Assembly: GCA_964016885.1 (NCBI GenBank)
Contig: OZ024741.1
Location: forward strand, 307,086,001 to 307,150,000
Reading direction: 5' to 3'
Origin: Eledone cirrhosa
Taxonomy: Eukaryota
Length of the DNA stretch: 64,000 nucleotides
Part shown: positions 35,190 through 51,952 of the stretch, piece after piece
Layout: each line of letters begins with the position of its first letter
How positions within the stretch are numbered: position 1 is the stretch's first letter
Program-made: the position numbers and the translations under genes
The notes under the pieces: model-generated
Databases searched by the model: none
The model's input: only the letters and a program-made list of their open reading frames with translations
What the model was told of the DNA's origin: nothing

Positions 35190-35765
35190 AAATAGTAATT
35201 ATATATAGGTTTCAAGGAACATAGAATCATAACCTGAAGTTAAAGCATTATATATGTTTACTTAATGGTATCAGTTTTCGGAAATGATATTTGTAAGAAG
35301 GAAAGCCAAATTATGCAGTTCATCATTAGTAGAATATTAATTATAGGTTAACTAAAATAAAAATAGTTTATATATTAATTTCTAAGGTGTATAATAATTA
35401 GGTTTATAATATTTAAAGCAGAATTATGTAGTTCATCAGTAGTAGAATATTAATTATAGGTTAACTAAATTAAAAATAATTACATATGTTTACTTAATGG
35501 TATCAGTTTTAGGAAATGATATTTGTAAGAAGGAAAGCCAAATTATGTAGTTCATCAGTAGTAGAATATTAATTATAGGTTAACTAAATTAAAAATAGTT
35601 TATATATTAATTTCTAAAGTGTATATTAATTAGGTTTTATAATATTTAAAGCAGAATTTTGTAATTCATCTGTAGTAGAATATTAATTATAGGTTAACTA
35701 ATTTAAAATTAATTTATATATTAATTTCTAAAGTGTATATTAATTAGGTTTATAATATTTAAATT
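35190..35765. repeat. Imperfect ~115-120-bp tandem repeats in the PLE 3' region
   Basis: GTTCATCAGTAGTAGAATATTAATTATAGGTTAACTAAA-like block recurs four times. Confidence 0.8.
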
Positions 35766-37701
35766 TTTTCTCAGTTTATGATTACACGATATTATTAATT
35801 CCTGTCGCTTATTTAATAGGATATCCTTAGATTTCATTATTTCGAAAAGTTCTTGGGAACACATTCATTTCTACTATTTTGATAAGGGGTGGCTCTTTTG
35901 AGCACACTCCAGGTCATGTCATATTCTATATTCCTCTTTCTATAACTATTAATTTTTTCTGCTAGAGATGTTGTATTAGCTAGTGCGGCATTTTTAAAAC
36001 TATGTTTGTGGGTATTAAATCTTACCTTAAAATTGTTAGAAGTAGCTCCTATATATGAACAAATAGAGTCCTTAGTGTTAACTTTACATTTATATACTGT
36101 TATTAACAAGGCAATTTCCTTTTAATGGGCAGTTTGCCTTGTTTCTACAGTTACAACTTTTCGTTAATCCTGTATTTGAGGAGATATTATGGCTAGTTTG
36201 ATGTACTGGTGGTATACTTAAGGTTTTTTTACATTTATATGCATTATAGGCACTTATATTTTGTTTTATGTTTTTGGTTGTTGAGTATGAGAATTTAACT
36301 GTTGATCTATTTAAGATTTGATGGTATTTGTGGTTTGGCGGGAAGTTTTTCTCTAGGATATTAAAGAATTTTTTAGGTATATTATCCTTAACTTGTAAAT
36401 TAAATGGAGCATTATACCAAGTAACTTGTCTATTACGGTTTCTATGTTGTTTATTGTTTTTATAGGATGCATCCTGATGCTTACTAGGAGAATTATTGTT
36501 AATGACCTCTCCACACACATTTTTAGTTAGATTTATTGATTTAGGTGTTTTAGCTTGTTTATTAGGAGTTTTATTATTAACATTTATTAGAGTTGTAGGA
36601 TGAGTAGTTTTTTGAGAGTTACTATACTGTATATTAGAGGAGTTAGAGAAATTTGGTTTTATGTTGGTATTTTGGGGTATAGTGTGAGTGGCATTTAGGT
36701 GTGTACGTTTCATTTGGTGTTTGTTGGTAATATTAGGTTGTATGTTTGTAGTATTATTGGTAGAAGGTATATATACTAATCTATTTTTGTGGCCACTTCT
36801 AGCTAGAGCTTCGTTATAAAAGGTCGCATTTTTATCAAATACATCTTGGTTAGACGAAAGGTTAGAAATTCTAAGTGATATATTATATGCAAGGTTTTTA
36901 AGGATAGATTTAGGGTGATTAGATTGTGAGTGTATGTAGTGTAAATTTTGGTTGGGTTTATGGTAAGGTTGGTAGATACCCGTAGATAAGTCTAATGTTA
37001 TATCTAGGAAATTAACTACTTTACTTGTGTTTTCAAATGTAATATCTAGACTATAATAGTCTTTAAGGAAAGTTCTAATAAGCTTTTTATTTTTTCTATC
37101 TCTGAGAGGCTAAGGTTATTGGAAAGAAGAAGACAGTCGTCACGATATAAACCACCTTTAAGGTGGGGAAAGGAAGCATTTATGTTAAAAAGAAGAAAGA
37201 GGCCCACAAGATCAGTAATTTGGGCAGAATCGCTTGAGCCCATAGTAATATAAAAAAATATATGTGTTTCTGGTCCAGTATTCATTCTGAAATCCCAGTA
37301 GTGTTTGTCTAGCCTGTGTAATAATATTAATGTCATCCAAAGTTAAGTTAGATCTATTTTTAGCAAATATCAAGGCTTTGTTCAGGAGTATAGGTGATAT
37401 AGAAGAATAGTAATTATCTATATCAAATTGTAGAAATGAAGCAGAGGATTTATATCTAATATTATTAAACCAGTTAATTACCTGGGATGTGTTTTCCCAG
37501 AGTGGTAAATTAACATGTTTTCTTATTTGTGGGATGACTCTATCTAAATTTTGTTTACTAATTATTCCAATATATATACATATATATACATATATATATA
37601 CATATATATATACATATATATATACATATATATATATACATATATATATATACATATATATGTACATACATATATACATATTGATATACATATATATATA
37701 C

Positions 37702-37747
<46 letters not shown>

Positions 37748-37749
<2 letters not shown>

Positions 37750-38560
37750 GCAAAAGTTCTACTTAAAGTTGTTGGGATACAACAAGTAAATATTTTTATA
37801 ACTGACATAAAGCACTCGACAAGTTTTTGGAGTAGATATACGATATTAATAAATGGAAACTATATTTATAAAACCATATTTATTTCATTATACATATTTC
37901 CGGGATACCACATTAAATTATGGTATACCTTCATAAGACAAAATACAATATATAACAGTTTTACAAATAACTTTGACGTACCCTTTTAAAATACAACCAT
38001 TACTTTTGGAGGCTGTCTGGATAGTGATTTGTTTATATTATTTTAATAAGTCATAGTGTTAAGCACAATTAGAAAAAGACGGAGAGAAAGAAAAAGAAAA
38101 AAGACGGAGAGAGAGAAACGAACAAAGACGGAGAGAGAGAAAGAAAAAGAGAGAGAAAGAAAACCTGGAGAAATATCGGAGAGAGAGAGAAATGTATGGA
38201 GAAAAGAAAGAGATAAATAAAGATAGGAGGAAATAAAAAATAAAAAATAAAAAATAAAAAAGAAAGAAAAGGAAGAAATAAGAAAAACAAAGGAAAGCAA
38301 CAGAGAGATATCAAGTCATCATACAGAAAGAAAAACTAAAGAGAGAGAAATACTATATAGAGAGAGGGGGGACAATGAAAACTTTACGTCATGTCGTATT
38401 AGGTTGAGTTAACAATTTGTATGAAATGAATAATAAAAATATAAGTATCAATATTCATGAATGGGACATAGATATATAATATGAGAAATTAAACATTGTT
38501 AAATAATGACTATATGTTTAGTTTAGAAACTTGAGATCAATATACCAAAATCTGAGTTCA
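37748..38560 (-). mobile_element. ORF-less family B PLE 3' end with damaged HHR (CTTATGA, 37881-37945)
   Basis: Paralog of 9265-10040. Confidence 0.75.
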
Positions 38561-38711
38561 CATATATATATACATATTTATATACATATATATATACATA
38601 TATATATATACATATATACATATATATATATACATATATATATACATATATATATACATATAAATATACATATACATATATATATACATATATATATATA
38701 TATGTACACAC

Positions 38712-38757
<46 letters not shown>

Positions 38758-38910
38758 ACATATATATATATATGTACATATATATACATATATATATATA
38801 CATATATATATATTGTTATACTTTGGGAGGGTCATGTTGCCAATAAGAAACACACGCACCAGTTGCTTATATATACATATATACATATACATATATATAT
38901 ATACATATAT

Positions 38911-38943
<33 letters not shown>

Positions 38944-38997
38944 TATATATATACATATATATTTATATATATACATATATATATATACATATATATT

Positions 38998-39061
<64 letters not shown>

Positions 39062-39072
39062 CATATATATAC

Positions 39073-39103
<31 letters not shown>

Positions 39104-39140
39104 CATATATATTTATATATATATACATATATATATATAC

Positions 39141-39173
<33 letters not shown>

Positions 39174-39252
39174 CATATATACATATATACATATATATGT
39201 GTATATATATATATATACATATATATATACATATATATATATACATATATAC

Positions 39253-39295
<43 letters not shown>

Positions 39296-39444
39296 TATAT
39301 AAATACATATATATACATATATATATATATATACACATATATAAAAGGAACGATCGACTTTCGTCAAATCGGACCGAGGTAACAATGTTTCCGTTGGTCT
39401 TTCCAATTCCTAATACTATCTATCGGTCGCAACTCCAGGTAGAA

Positions 39445-39564
39445 GGAGCAACGTGAAATAAAGTGTCTTGCTCAAGGACATAACGCATCGCCTGGTCCAG
39501 GAATCGAACTCACAACCTTACGATTGCGAATCCAATTCATTAACCACTCAGCCACACGCCTTCA
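39445..39564 (-). mobile_element. tRNA-derived SINE 5' half
   Basis: TGGCTGAGTGG...GTTCGATTCC...TGTCCTTGAGCAAGACACTTT. Confidence 0.8.
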
Positions 39565-39698
39565 CCATACACACATATATACATATATATATATATATAC
39601 ATATATATACATATATATACATATATATATACATATATATATACATATATATATACATATATATATATACATTTATATATATACATATATATATATAC

Positions 39699-39783
<85 letters not shown>

Positions 39784-39876
39784 CATATATATATATACAT
39801 ATACATATATATATATATACATATATATATATACATATATATATATACATATATATATATATACATATATATATAT

Positions 39877-39923
<47 letters not shown>

Positions 39924-39924
39924 C

Positions 39925-39975
<51 letters not shown>

Positions 39976-39999
39976 CACATATATATATATACATATATA

Positions 40000-41390
40000 A
40001 TATATAAGATCAAAAGATGGTTAAAAGAGTTCATTGTATTTTATTATGCGCATTTCAAAAACAAATATCATCATGCAATAACATTTGTGTTTTCGTCAGA
40101 TAAAATAGGGAGGCATGATATGAAGGTTAAAATACACTTGTGAATAGTGCAGTTTTAAATCAACATATGAAAAGTAGTTTTAGATTGATGTGTGATATTG
40201 GGAAAAAAATTTGAGGGGGGGGGGGTGAAAGGATGAAAAAGGGGAGGAGATGAGAGTAAAAAGTGGAGGGGGAGGAGTATAATGAGGAAGGATGAGATAG
40301 GAGGAGAGATGGGTGATAGACAGAGAGAGATAGCTTTTATAACTGAGAAAAAATATATTGTTTTACATAGAGAGGTTGAAAAACCGTTGGAAGATAATAT
40401 ATAAATTAAAAGAAATTGAAAATTAACGAAGAGAAAAATAATGTTAAGTTAAGGTTTGTATATTGAAGGGTTTAATGTGCGATGAAAAGAAATTGTTAAT
40501 ATGTATTAAGAATAATATTTAAGGGTTTAATAATATGTGCGATGGAAAGAAAATGTTGATATGTATTAAGAATAATATTTAAGGGTTTAATAATATGTGC
40601 GACGGAAAGAAAATGTTGATATGTATTATTAAAAAAAAAAATGTAAGTAAGGATATATTGTGAAAGAAGTAGAAGATAGGATGAATAAGTTAGATGAGCA
40701 TTAAAGGGAAAACAAATAATGAATTGAGGATGAATAATCCAATGTCAAAAAAAAAATGTTTATGTTTACGAAGGATTTTTTCAAGGTGATATAAAGTAAG
40801 AATATATTGTACTGAGTAATAATACGTTAGGTACAATTATAATTGAGAAGTATCTAGGAAGAAAAGGTAGATTTAGGGGTTAGAAATTAAAAGAAAAAGA
40901 AAAAGAAAAAGAAAAAAGAAAAGAAAAGGAAAAAGAAAGAAAGGGAAGTGATAAATAGGAGTGATATAGAATGAGTAACAAGTATTATATAATGTATAAT
41001 AAATAACTTTGAAATAAGGTAGAAAGATGGGTATATTTTTAAAGAAATATATATGTATATATATATATGTGCCTTTGAGAAAAGGATTTTAAATTGATAA
41101 AGTATTAGATATTAGCTGTATACTTTATGGAATGTTCTGTGGAATTTATGCAAGCAGAGAGAAAACAAGTCAGTGCGTCTATTTATTATAGAATCTAAAT
41201 TAGATATAATGGTAAATTTTTCACTTAAACAGAGATTACATGTCTTGGATAGAGAACTGTTCAAGTATAGAGAAGCAGAAGAAACCTTTTTCCAAGATAT
41301 GTTATATTTAATATTTTTGTCTTTCAAGGACCATATGAGTTCTGAGAGTGCCGTGTTGGTTCTTTTAAGTTTATGAAGATAAAGCAAGAG
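40000..41390 (-). mobile_element. PLE 3' fragment (GIY-YIG C-terminus plus 3' region with 60-bp tandem repeats)
   Basis: TALSELIWSLKD..W..CNLCLSEK..INRRTDLFSLCLH at 41112-41387. Confidence 0.8.
40037..40107 (-). ncRNA. Type I hammerhead family H
   Basis: TATTTTAT CTGACGA AAA-C-ACAAATGTTAT...TGATATTTGT-T-TTT GAAA TGCGCA TA ATAAAATA. Confidence 0.82.
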
Positions 41391-41399
41391 TAAAGTTTA

Positions 41400-42816
41400 G
41401 AGTAGTCAGTGTATGAAACAGTCAAACGTGTGGCATGCACGCGTGTCTTATTTATACAGGATTATAGTGCGGCAGATTGTTACATGTAAAAACAAGCAGT
41501 TAAAGCAGGCAATCAATAGCATCATGGGGGCCGTATTGTTAAAGCATTTTTCCACATACACCTGTACGATATATAATCCCGTTTGTAGAGAAACACCAAA
41601 AATATTCAAAAATATTATAAAAGAGAAGCAAAACAGCACCACTGTCCTCGCACCCACCACCACTCACACAATCCAGGAAACGCAATATATAGACTACATG
41701 TCTATCACACAATCCACGATGATTCAGCATTGGGTGTCTGGAGAACCATGTTATAAATCATATCTTGTCGTTTCTTAATTTGATTCATAGATCAGGATTG
41801 TTTTTGTTGTGAGAAATGACATTGTATTATATTCGGGAAGTGTGTGTGTGACTAAGGGGAGTTAATGCGTAAGGGGAGGTAACTAGCTGATTTTCATAGT
41901 TAAATTTATTATCCTAAAGTACATTAATGGTGTTTCAAATGAGTCCCTATCATATAAGGTTATAAACAATTTCTAAATTTAAGTATCTTATCTATAAATT
42001 ACAGTGTAGTCTATTAAGAAGTACTAAAGGTGTTCATATCAGGATGATTACCTTCTATCATGGAGTGCAACAACCGAACAATCTACAAGAAGAGTCAGAC
42101 CTCCAAATCAATGATCCTTGTAAGTGTAGTCCACCCGCAGACCCTGGCAGGGTCTTATTACTATATATGACTCTCGGTAAGCTCTGGGTCATTGTGTGTC
42201 TGAATGCATGGCAAATTTAAATATCATCAGGGTGGTCCGGAGATCAATTCCCTCATACAAAGACACTAATCTGGCCATCAAGCAATACATAAACTCCTAA
42301 CTCATATATCACGTGTACATTCATTGTACTCAGCATATAGAATATATAGCCCTTACAATAAATTAATTACTTAATCTTCTATCTATCTTATGGTGGCACT
42401 CCATGTACAGAACAATGTTAGCACAACCAATTCAGTGCCTACAGTTTACATTAATCATATATTAGTGCAATGTAGTCCAAATAATTCAAGGCCAATATAA
42501 CAAAAGTAGAAGTACATGGGGATATCTACAGGGTAAAAGGTACTATTAGGGTGTCACTATTTGCGTTAAAGTGTATTAATGGGTATGGAGATGAGGTGCA
42601 AGGTGTGCCACTGATGCTAGTTGCTAGAGGTGGTGACGGGTTCAAGTCTGACATTGTTATATATTGGGTTTAAAGTTTTGGAAAGAGTGTCGGAAGCGGT
42701 GTTGGCAAGATGCGAACACTTCTGATTTTTTATTAAGGAGATTATGGTTAGAGATGATAGTATGGGTCTCTAGTAGACAGAGGTTACAAAATTTATTAAG
42801 CTATAGGGTTATGGTT
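41400..42816 (-). mobile_element. Diverged sibling of the 13.7-15.9 kb PLE (GIY-YIG tail plus 3' region)
   Basis: 42635-42810 matches 15415-15595; shared TAAGGGGAGTTAATGCGTAAGGGGAGGTAACTAGCTGA block (14602/41853). Confidence 0.75.
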
Positions 42817-44123
<1,307 letters not shown>

Positions 44124-44124
44124 A

Positions 44125-46922
44125 ACTTTGAACTTTGAAATGTTTTGGCCAGTATTGGCCCAGGCCGTGTCTAACTTAATAGCACCACCTAGCGAAGTCT
44201 TTCAATTAAGGATTTGGGCACCATGGCCCATTCGAGAAGAGAATTACTGTTTGCGGAGACATATCCGGGTGTGGGTGGTTTGTCCGGGATTACTTAGAGG
44301 AATTTGTCCAAAGACTTCTTGAATTTTGTGTGGTCAGTTTCTGTTTTGACGTGTGCTGATGTGATGTTGAAGAGAGCAGGGCCGATTGAGGTGAAATAAT
44401 TGTGCAGTATTGTTGTTATGAGTTGCGATTTAGATTTTTGTATGGGACGGATAGCACGGGGCCCAAGCCTTGGGTGTATCTTGAAGGCGATGCCAACATC
44501 ATTTGGGCAGTGATGATGGAACATTTTCCGCATCATGCAGATAATATAACGCTCACGGCGACGTTGGAGTGAGTAAAGTTTCAGGTTTTCTAGTCGACCC
44601 CAGTAGTCAAGGTCTGACATGCCATCTATCTTTTTCGTGATTGCCCTTTGAGGAGCTTCAAGTTTCATGATACTTTGTTTCGTGTGGGGATACCACAGTG
44701 GACAACAGTATTCAAGGTGTGGTCGGGCAAAAGTAGAGAAGAGAAGGATAATGGTGTGGGAATCTCTCGACTGGAAGGTTCTGAGGATCCAGGAACACAT
44801 TGTGCGGGCCATGTCAACTTTGCAGCTTATATGCGTGGCCCAGCTTATGTTGCTGTCCACGGTTACTCCCAAGTCTCTGATGTTGTTAATGCCACGAGAG
44901 TTTCCCCGGAGGGAAGGGAGTACGGGAGTTTTAGAGCATCCTCTTTTCCAAAGTGGATCAGTTCGAATTTGTCTTCGTTCAGTAACATGTTGTTCTTTTC
45001 CGCCCATTGGGTAACAGCCAGTAGGTCTGACTGAAGGCTTATCCGGTCATCCACGCCATTGATGACCTTTTGGAGCTTGGAATCATCAGCGAAAATTTTA
45101 ATGTTGCTGTGTTTGATGATGTCAGTGATGTCATTAATATAGATGATGAAGAGAAGTGGGCCCAACACAGTGCCTTGTGGGACCCCACTACTGACTTTGG
45201 CTGGGCTGGATTTGACTCCTTCAACTACAACATGTTGGGTTCTGTTTGACAGGAAGCTCTTGATCCACTGCAGCAGCTTTCCAGTGACACCAATATTGGA
45301 CAGCTTTCTCAGTAGAATGTTATGATCAACCCTGTCAAAGGCCTTGCTGAAATCAAGGTAGATAACATCAGTGTTGGAACCCTCTCCCAAGGCTCTCAAA
45401 ATGTCATCAAAGTGATGCAGTAGCTGCGTCAGGCAATCCCTTCCATTACGGAATCCATGCTGGTTGGAGTTCAGCATATTGTTACTCTCAAAGAAGTGGG
45501 TCATTCGCGATCTCACCACTCTCTCAAATACCTTAATGATATGAGAGGTGAGTGAGATTGGACGGTAATTCACGGCAAGGGATTTGTTTCCCTTTTTGAA
45601 AACTGGGACAACAGACTGGGATAGAAGGTATTCTGGCACATATCCAGCATCCAGTGAGTTCCGCCACAGATTGGCAAGAGGAGATGCAAGTTGGTGTTGA
45701 CACGCCTTCAAGACACAAGCAGGGAACCTATCGGGACCTACTGCTGAATTATGCTTGATTTCCTTTATTGCCGCTAAGACATCAGGGGCGCCAAACGTTA
45801 TGTCCGATAAGGTGTAATGGGGAGTAACATCGCCGATACAGCCCAGATCGGCCATATCAGGATTGCTGAAAACAGAGCAGTATTGTTTCTGCAGTATCTC
45901 ACCCATGGTTTTAGCATTGTCTTGAAGAGTGCCATTTTCATCAATTAGAGGGCCAACAGTAGAGCCAGTGATTTTGTGTTTTTTTGCAAATGAAAAGAAC
46001 ACTTTGGGATTGAGTTTGATCAATGGCCCAGGCTTCTTCAGCTCTTCTCTGATTGTTGATGAGGGACATTATGTTGTTTTGGAGGTTATGTTTTTTAATC
46101 TCTAGTGAAGAAATGGCAGTCAAGTTGATGTGTTGCTGCTGACAGTATTTCAGCTTGTTGATTTTTTTGTTCGTTCTCTTAATTTTTCTGATGAGCGTTT
46201 TTCTATTTCTAGGGATTCTGCTCTTAGATTTGTTTATAGTTCTTAATGGGGTGTGTTTAGCACATATGTTTGTAACAGTGTCCACAAATGTCTGCCAGGA
46301 CTTTTTGATGTTAGTGGGTGTATGAGTGTGCGTGAAGAACCAGTCGACATGTGCAAGATCATGATTGATCGCTTCCCAGTTTGCATTGTGGAAATCCATA
46401 GCGTCAAACGGATGGACAGGAGAGATGACATTGGGTTTGTATATTGGACGGTGGAATCTCAGATCACAGAGAACCATGTCATGATCAGAGAGTAGAGTTT
46501 TCTCCACTGCAATATTGTGGATATTGTCAGTGTGATTGCTGAAAATTAAGTCTAGGACGTTTTTGTGGCACCTCTTTGGTTCGAGCACCAGTTGGGATAG
46601 GAAGAAGTCATCCATGAAGTCAAGAAGCGATTCCACTGCTTCCCTGTCAGAGGTTGAGGCAGAAGAACCTGGTGGCAGGCTGTTTATGGACCAGTCAACT
46701 CCGGGGAGGTTGAAGTCCCCCATCATTAAGATGTTGTCAGGGTGACACTCTTGGATGAAACACTTTATGCTGTTGAGGCATTCCTTGAAGCATGGTACAG
46801 GCGTTTGGGGTGGCCTATAGAGCCCAACTACTATTAGGTTGTTGGTTTGACTGAATACAGTGACTGCTTCGCAGTATCCATTAGTAAATATGTTCATAGC
46901 CTCTGTTGAGAAAGAATTATGG
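44125..46922 (-). mobile_element. CR1-group LINE ORF2 (APE endonuclease C-half plus RT) with two frameshifts, 5'-truncated
   Basis: GLYRPP, MGDFNLP, LDLIF, SDH; [37 protein letters not shown]; RPHLEYCCPLW. Confidence 0.93.
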
Positions 46923-47033
46923 ACATATATATACATATATATATATTCACATATATATATATATATACACATATATACACATATATATACTTATATATAT
47001 ATATACATATATATATATACACATATATATACT

Positions 47034-47117
<84 letters not shown>

Positions 47118-47135
47118 TATACACATATATATACA

Positions 47136-47169
<34 letters not shown>

Positions 47170-47213
47170 CATATATATACACATACATATATATACAGAT
47201 ATATATACTTATA

Positions 47214-47249
<36 letters not shown>

Positions 47250-47278
47250 CATAAATATATACATATATATATATATAC

Positions 47279-47315
<37 letters not shown>

Positions 47316-47317
47316 CA

Positions 47318-47552
47318 TGGAGGCATATATATGGAGGCATATGGCTTAGTGGTTAGAGCATTGGTCTTGCAATAGAAAGGTTGTGAGTTCAATTCTCAGA
47401 CCGGGTGATGTGTTGTTTCCTTGAGCAAGATACTTTATTTCACATTGCTCCAGTTTACTCAGATCTAGAAATGAGTTGATGGGCTGGGGTCCATATCATT
47501 CCACTGCAAAAGAGGTCGTGAGTGGTGTCACGGCAAAAAAGCACCCAGTACT
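47318..47552 (+). mobile_element. tRNA-derived SINE with duplicated 14-bp 5' end
   Basis: Same family as 32909-33236. Confidence 0.85.
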
Positions 47553-47563
47553 CATATATATAC

Positions 47564-47594
<31 letters not shown>

Positions 47595-47661
47595 CATACA
47601 TATACATATATACATATATATATACATATATATATATACATATATATATATACATATATAC

Positions 47662-47754
<93 letters not shown>

Positions 47755-47859
47755 TATATATATATACATATATATATACATATATACATATATATACATA
47801 TATATATATACATATATATATATACATATATATATACACATACATATATATATACACAT

Positions 47860-47895
<36 letters not shown>

Positions 47896-47896
47896 T

Positions 47897-48846
47897 GTTT
47901 TTTGTTTTTTTTACCTGTTTCAGCCATCCGGCTGAGGCCATGCTGGGCCACCGCCCTTGTTGCTACTCATTTTATCTCCAGCCTGTATAGGTTGGCCACT
48001 GTAGTAAGAGGGAGTTTGTTGCTGCTGCCCTTAGGTTTCCCTCTGTCTTGCTGTGGGCTCATCCGGGATCTTGGATAACAAGGTGTCCCTCCAGGATTTT
48101 CCACATGTAGATCACTGTCTATCTCTCCCGTCTTCGCTCCAAGGAGTAGAGGTTCAGTTCCTTTAGCCTCTCAGTAGCTTGTCTCCCTCATCTTGGCAAT
48201 CCTCTTGGTGTAGCTTCGCTGGATCGCCTCAAGCTCCGTGGTTAGTTTGACACTATTGGGTGACCACAACTGGGAGCAGTAGTCCAGGCGGCTTAGGACA
48301 AAAGTCCTCCACAGTGTCAACATGGTGTCTCGATCTCTTGTCCGGAAAGTCCTCAAGATCCAGCCAGCGAGTCGTCTGCACATTGTTGCCACTTTCATGA
48401 TGTGTGAAGAAAAAGATGCATCATCGCTCATCTCTATGTCAAGGTCTCGTATCGATTTTGACACGGGGATATCGGTCCCTCCTGGTCCTGTGTAGCTGTG
48501 TTCCACTATATTTGTGTTTGTAGGTTTGTATTGTAGGGCTTGGAATTTGCCAGCATTAAACTGCATGTTGTTTTCTTCCACCCATCTGTATATGGCATCC
48601 AGATCCTGCTGTAAAAGGGCAGCGTCAGCCGGGTTTTTGATTTCCTGTGCTACCTTAGTGTCATCAGAATAGCTAGTGAGGGATGTTGTTGCATGCACCA
48701 CAGAGGGTATGTCCGAGAGAGCCACCAAAAACAGTAGTGGTCCCAGGACTGTCCCCTGGGGCACCCCACTTGTCATCGGTTTCTCCCTAGAGAGGGTCCC
48801 ATTTGCTGCGACTGCCTGGCTTCTGTCCCTTAGGAAGCCATGCAGC
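47897..48846 (-). mobile_element. Second CR1-group LINE, RT C-terminus plus 3' tail
   Basis: [32 protein letters not shown]; tail ends in an A-rich repeat. Confidence 0.88.
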
Positions 48847-48850
48847 CACT

Positions 48851-48920
<70 letters not shown>

Positions 48921-48988
48921 TATATATATACATTTATATATATATATATATATATATGTATGCATGTATATATATATATATATATATA

Positions 48989-49229
48989 GTTTTCACCGTA
49001 TTTTGACTAAAGGAATTTTAGCTTGATAACGGGGTCTGGAACCCTCAGATAAATGGAAAAAGATGAGTATTGACGTACATGTACGTCATGTACGTCAATA
49101 CTCATCTTTTTCCATTTATCTGAGGGTTCTAAACCCCGTTATCAAGATAAAATTCCTTTAGTCAAAATACGGTGAAAGTTATGTATTTTCTAATTTCAAA
49201 CTCGCTCACTGTTTCAAAACATACTTACT

Positions 49230-49230
<1 letters not shown>
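48989..49230. repeat. ORF-less fold-back repeat (same family as 22727-23030)
   Basis: About 48990-49080 is inverted at about 49088-49178. Confidence 0.8.
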
Positions 49231-50530
<1,300 letters not shown>

Positions 50531-50631
50531 TGAAATTTCCGTTGAAAACAGAAAAGGTCATAGAAGTGAAGAGTGCTCTATGTAAGTATCAGAGCAAAAT
50601 TTAATGTATAAAAATCAATACAATATAATTT

Positions 50632-50701
50632 CCTCATTACCAGAGGTTTCCCGAATGAGGCGAATACGAAAGAAACGTCTTCATTCGTTCGTCAGACGAG
50701 G
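50632..50701 (-). ncRNA. Type I hammerhead family I
   Basis: CCTCGT CTGACGA A-CGAATGA...TCATTCG-G GAAAC CTCTG GTA ATGAGG. Confidence 0.78.
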
Positions 50702-51409
50702 CAATATAAAACATGGGTAAATACTTGGAAAGTCTCATCAAGAAAAGCAAAAAAACAAAAAAACAAAAAAGATATAGACAAATGAATTAGAATATGAAAT
50801 ATATAATAATCTTTCAAGAAAAATAGTTAGGTGTGTGTATATGTATGTATATACGCTCACAGATGTGCATATATGTGTATGCACATATGTATACGTATAG
50901 TGAAAAAGTGTGCGTAAATATATAATTTAGGGCAAATGTATCTGTATGTCTGTAATCTACAGACAGAATAGATACAACATAAGAATATGAAGGCACGCAC
51001 ATAAACACACCTACACACACGTACACTTGGATGCGGAAGTAAAAGAGGTAAGGGAGTGTAATAATTAAAGGAAAGTATCAATCTCGATATATTTATAAAA
51101 ATGGAACAATAATTTAGAAAGAAAAAATTAAAGAAAAGAAGACAAAAAAGGTACATACATATAAACACACGTATATCTCATATAATAAACGCAAAAATAT
51201 ACATGCTTATATATACACGCAGACTTACACATCCAAACGTTCGATACGTACACACACACGCACACACACACACATACTTACACTCACGCATATTGACCTG
51301 TTTGCATGCACACGCATAAAAATGAGTAAGTAAAAAAAGGGGGGAAGAAAAAAGGAACAAAATATAAAACCTAGATGTAAAAACACGGATATAAAGACAT
51401 ACACATACG

Positions 51410-51481
<72 letters not shown>

Positions 51482-51482
51482 C

Positions 51483-51544
<62 letters not shown>

Positions 51545-51952
51545 GCACGCGCGCGCACATACGTAGTCGCTCATGTACATATATAGAAGGTATACACACA
51601 TTAAGGCGTTCAGCCAAATGATACAGGGTGTAAAAAACTTGTGGATAAGTAAGTACAAATATAAAATTATAAAATTGTAAGATTGGCTGCACAAAAATAA
51701 AAAATTAAATATATCTGGAGTGGAAAACACAAATGACATGTGTAATCAGTTAGTGAAGGAAATAGGGAAGTAAAAAAATGGAAAGTGACAATATTAGGTA
51801 AGTGAATCGGAGAATAAAGGGGGGTGGGGGGTTATTGGTGGATGTGAAGTAAAAATAAAAATAAAAATAAAAATAAAAATAAATGAAATTAATGATAAGG
51901 ATAAAAATGAAAGTTTATCAGAAAAGGTAATTATAAAGAGAATAATAAGGGT

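Larger units (their letters stand above)
33690..37570 (-). mobile_element. Degenerate YRDD-type PLE (RT, GIY-YIG, long 3' region)
   Basis: [63 protein letters not shown]. Confidence 0.85.

Noticed and set aside
35190-35765. Repeated CTGATGA (minus) as hammerheads, or the array as CRISPR
   Set aside because: No helix II/GAAA closure; no unique spacers, eukaryotic context, no cas genes
40470-40630. 60-bp tandem repeat as a functional array
   Set aside because: Ordinary minisatellite in a PLE 3' region
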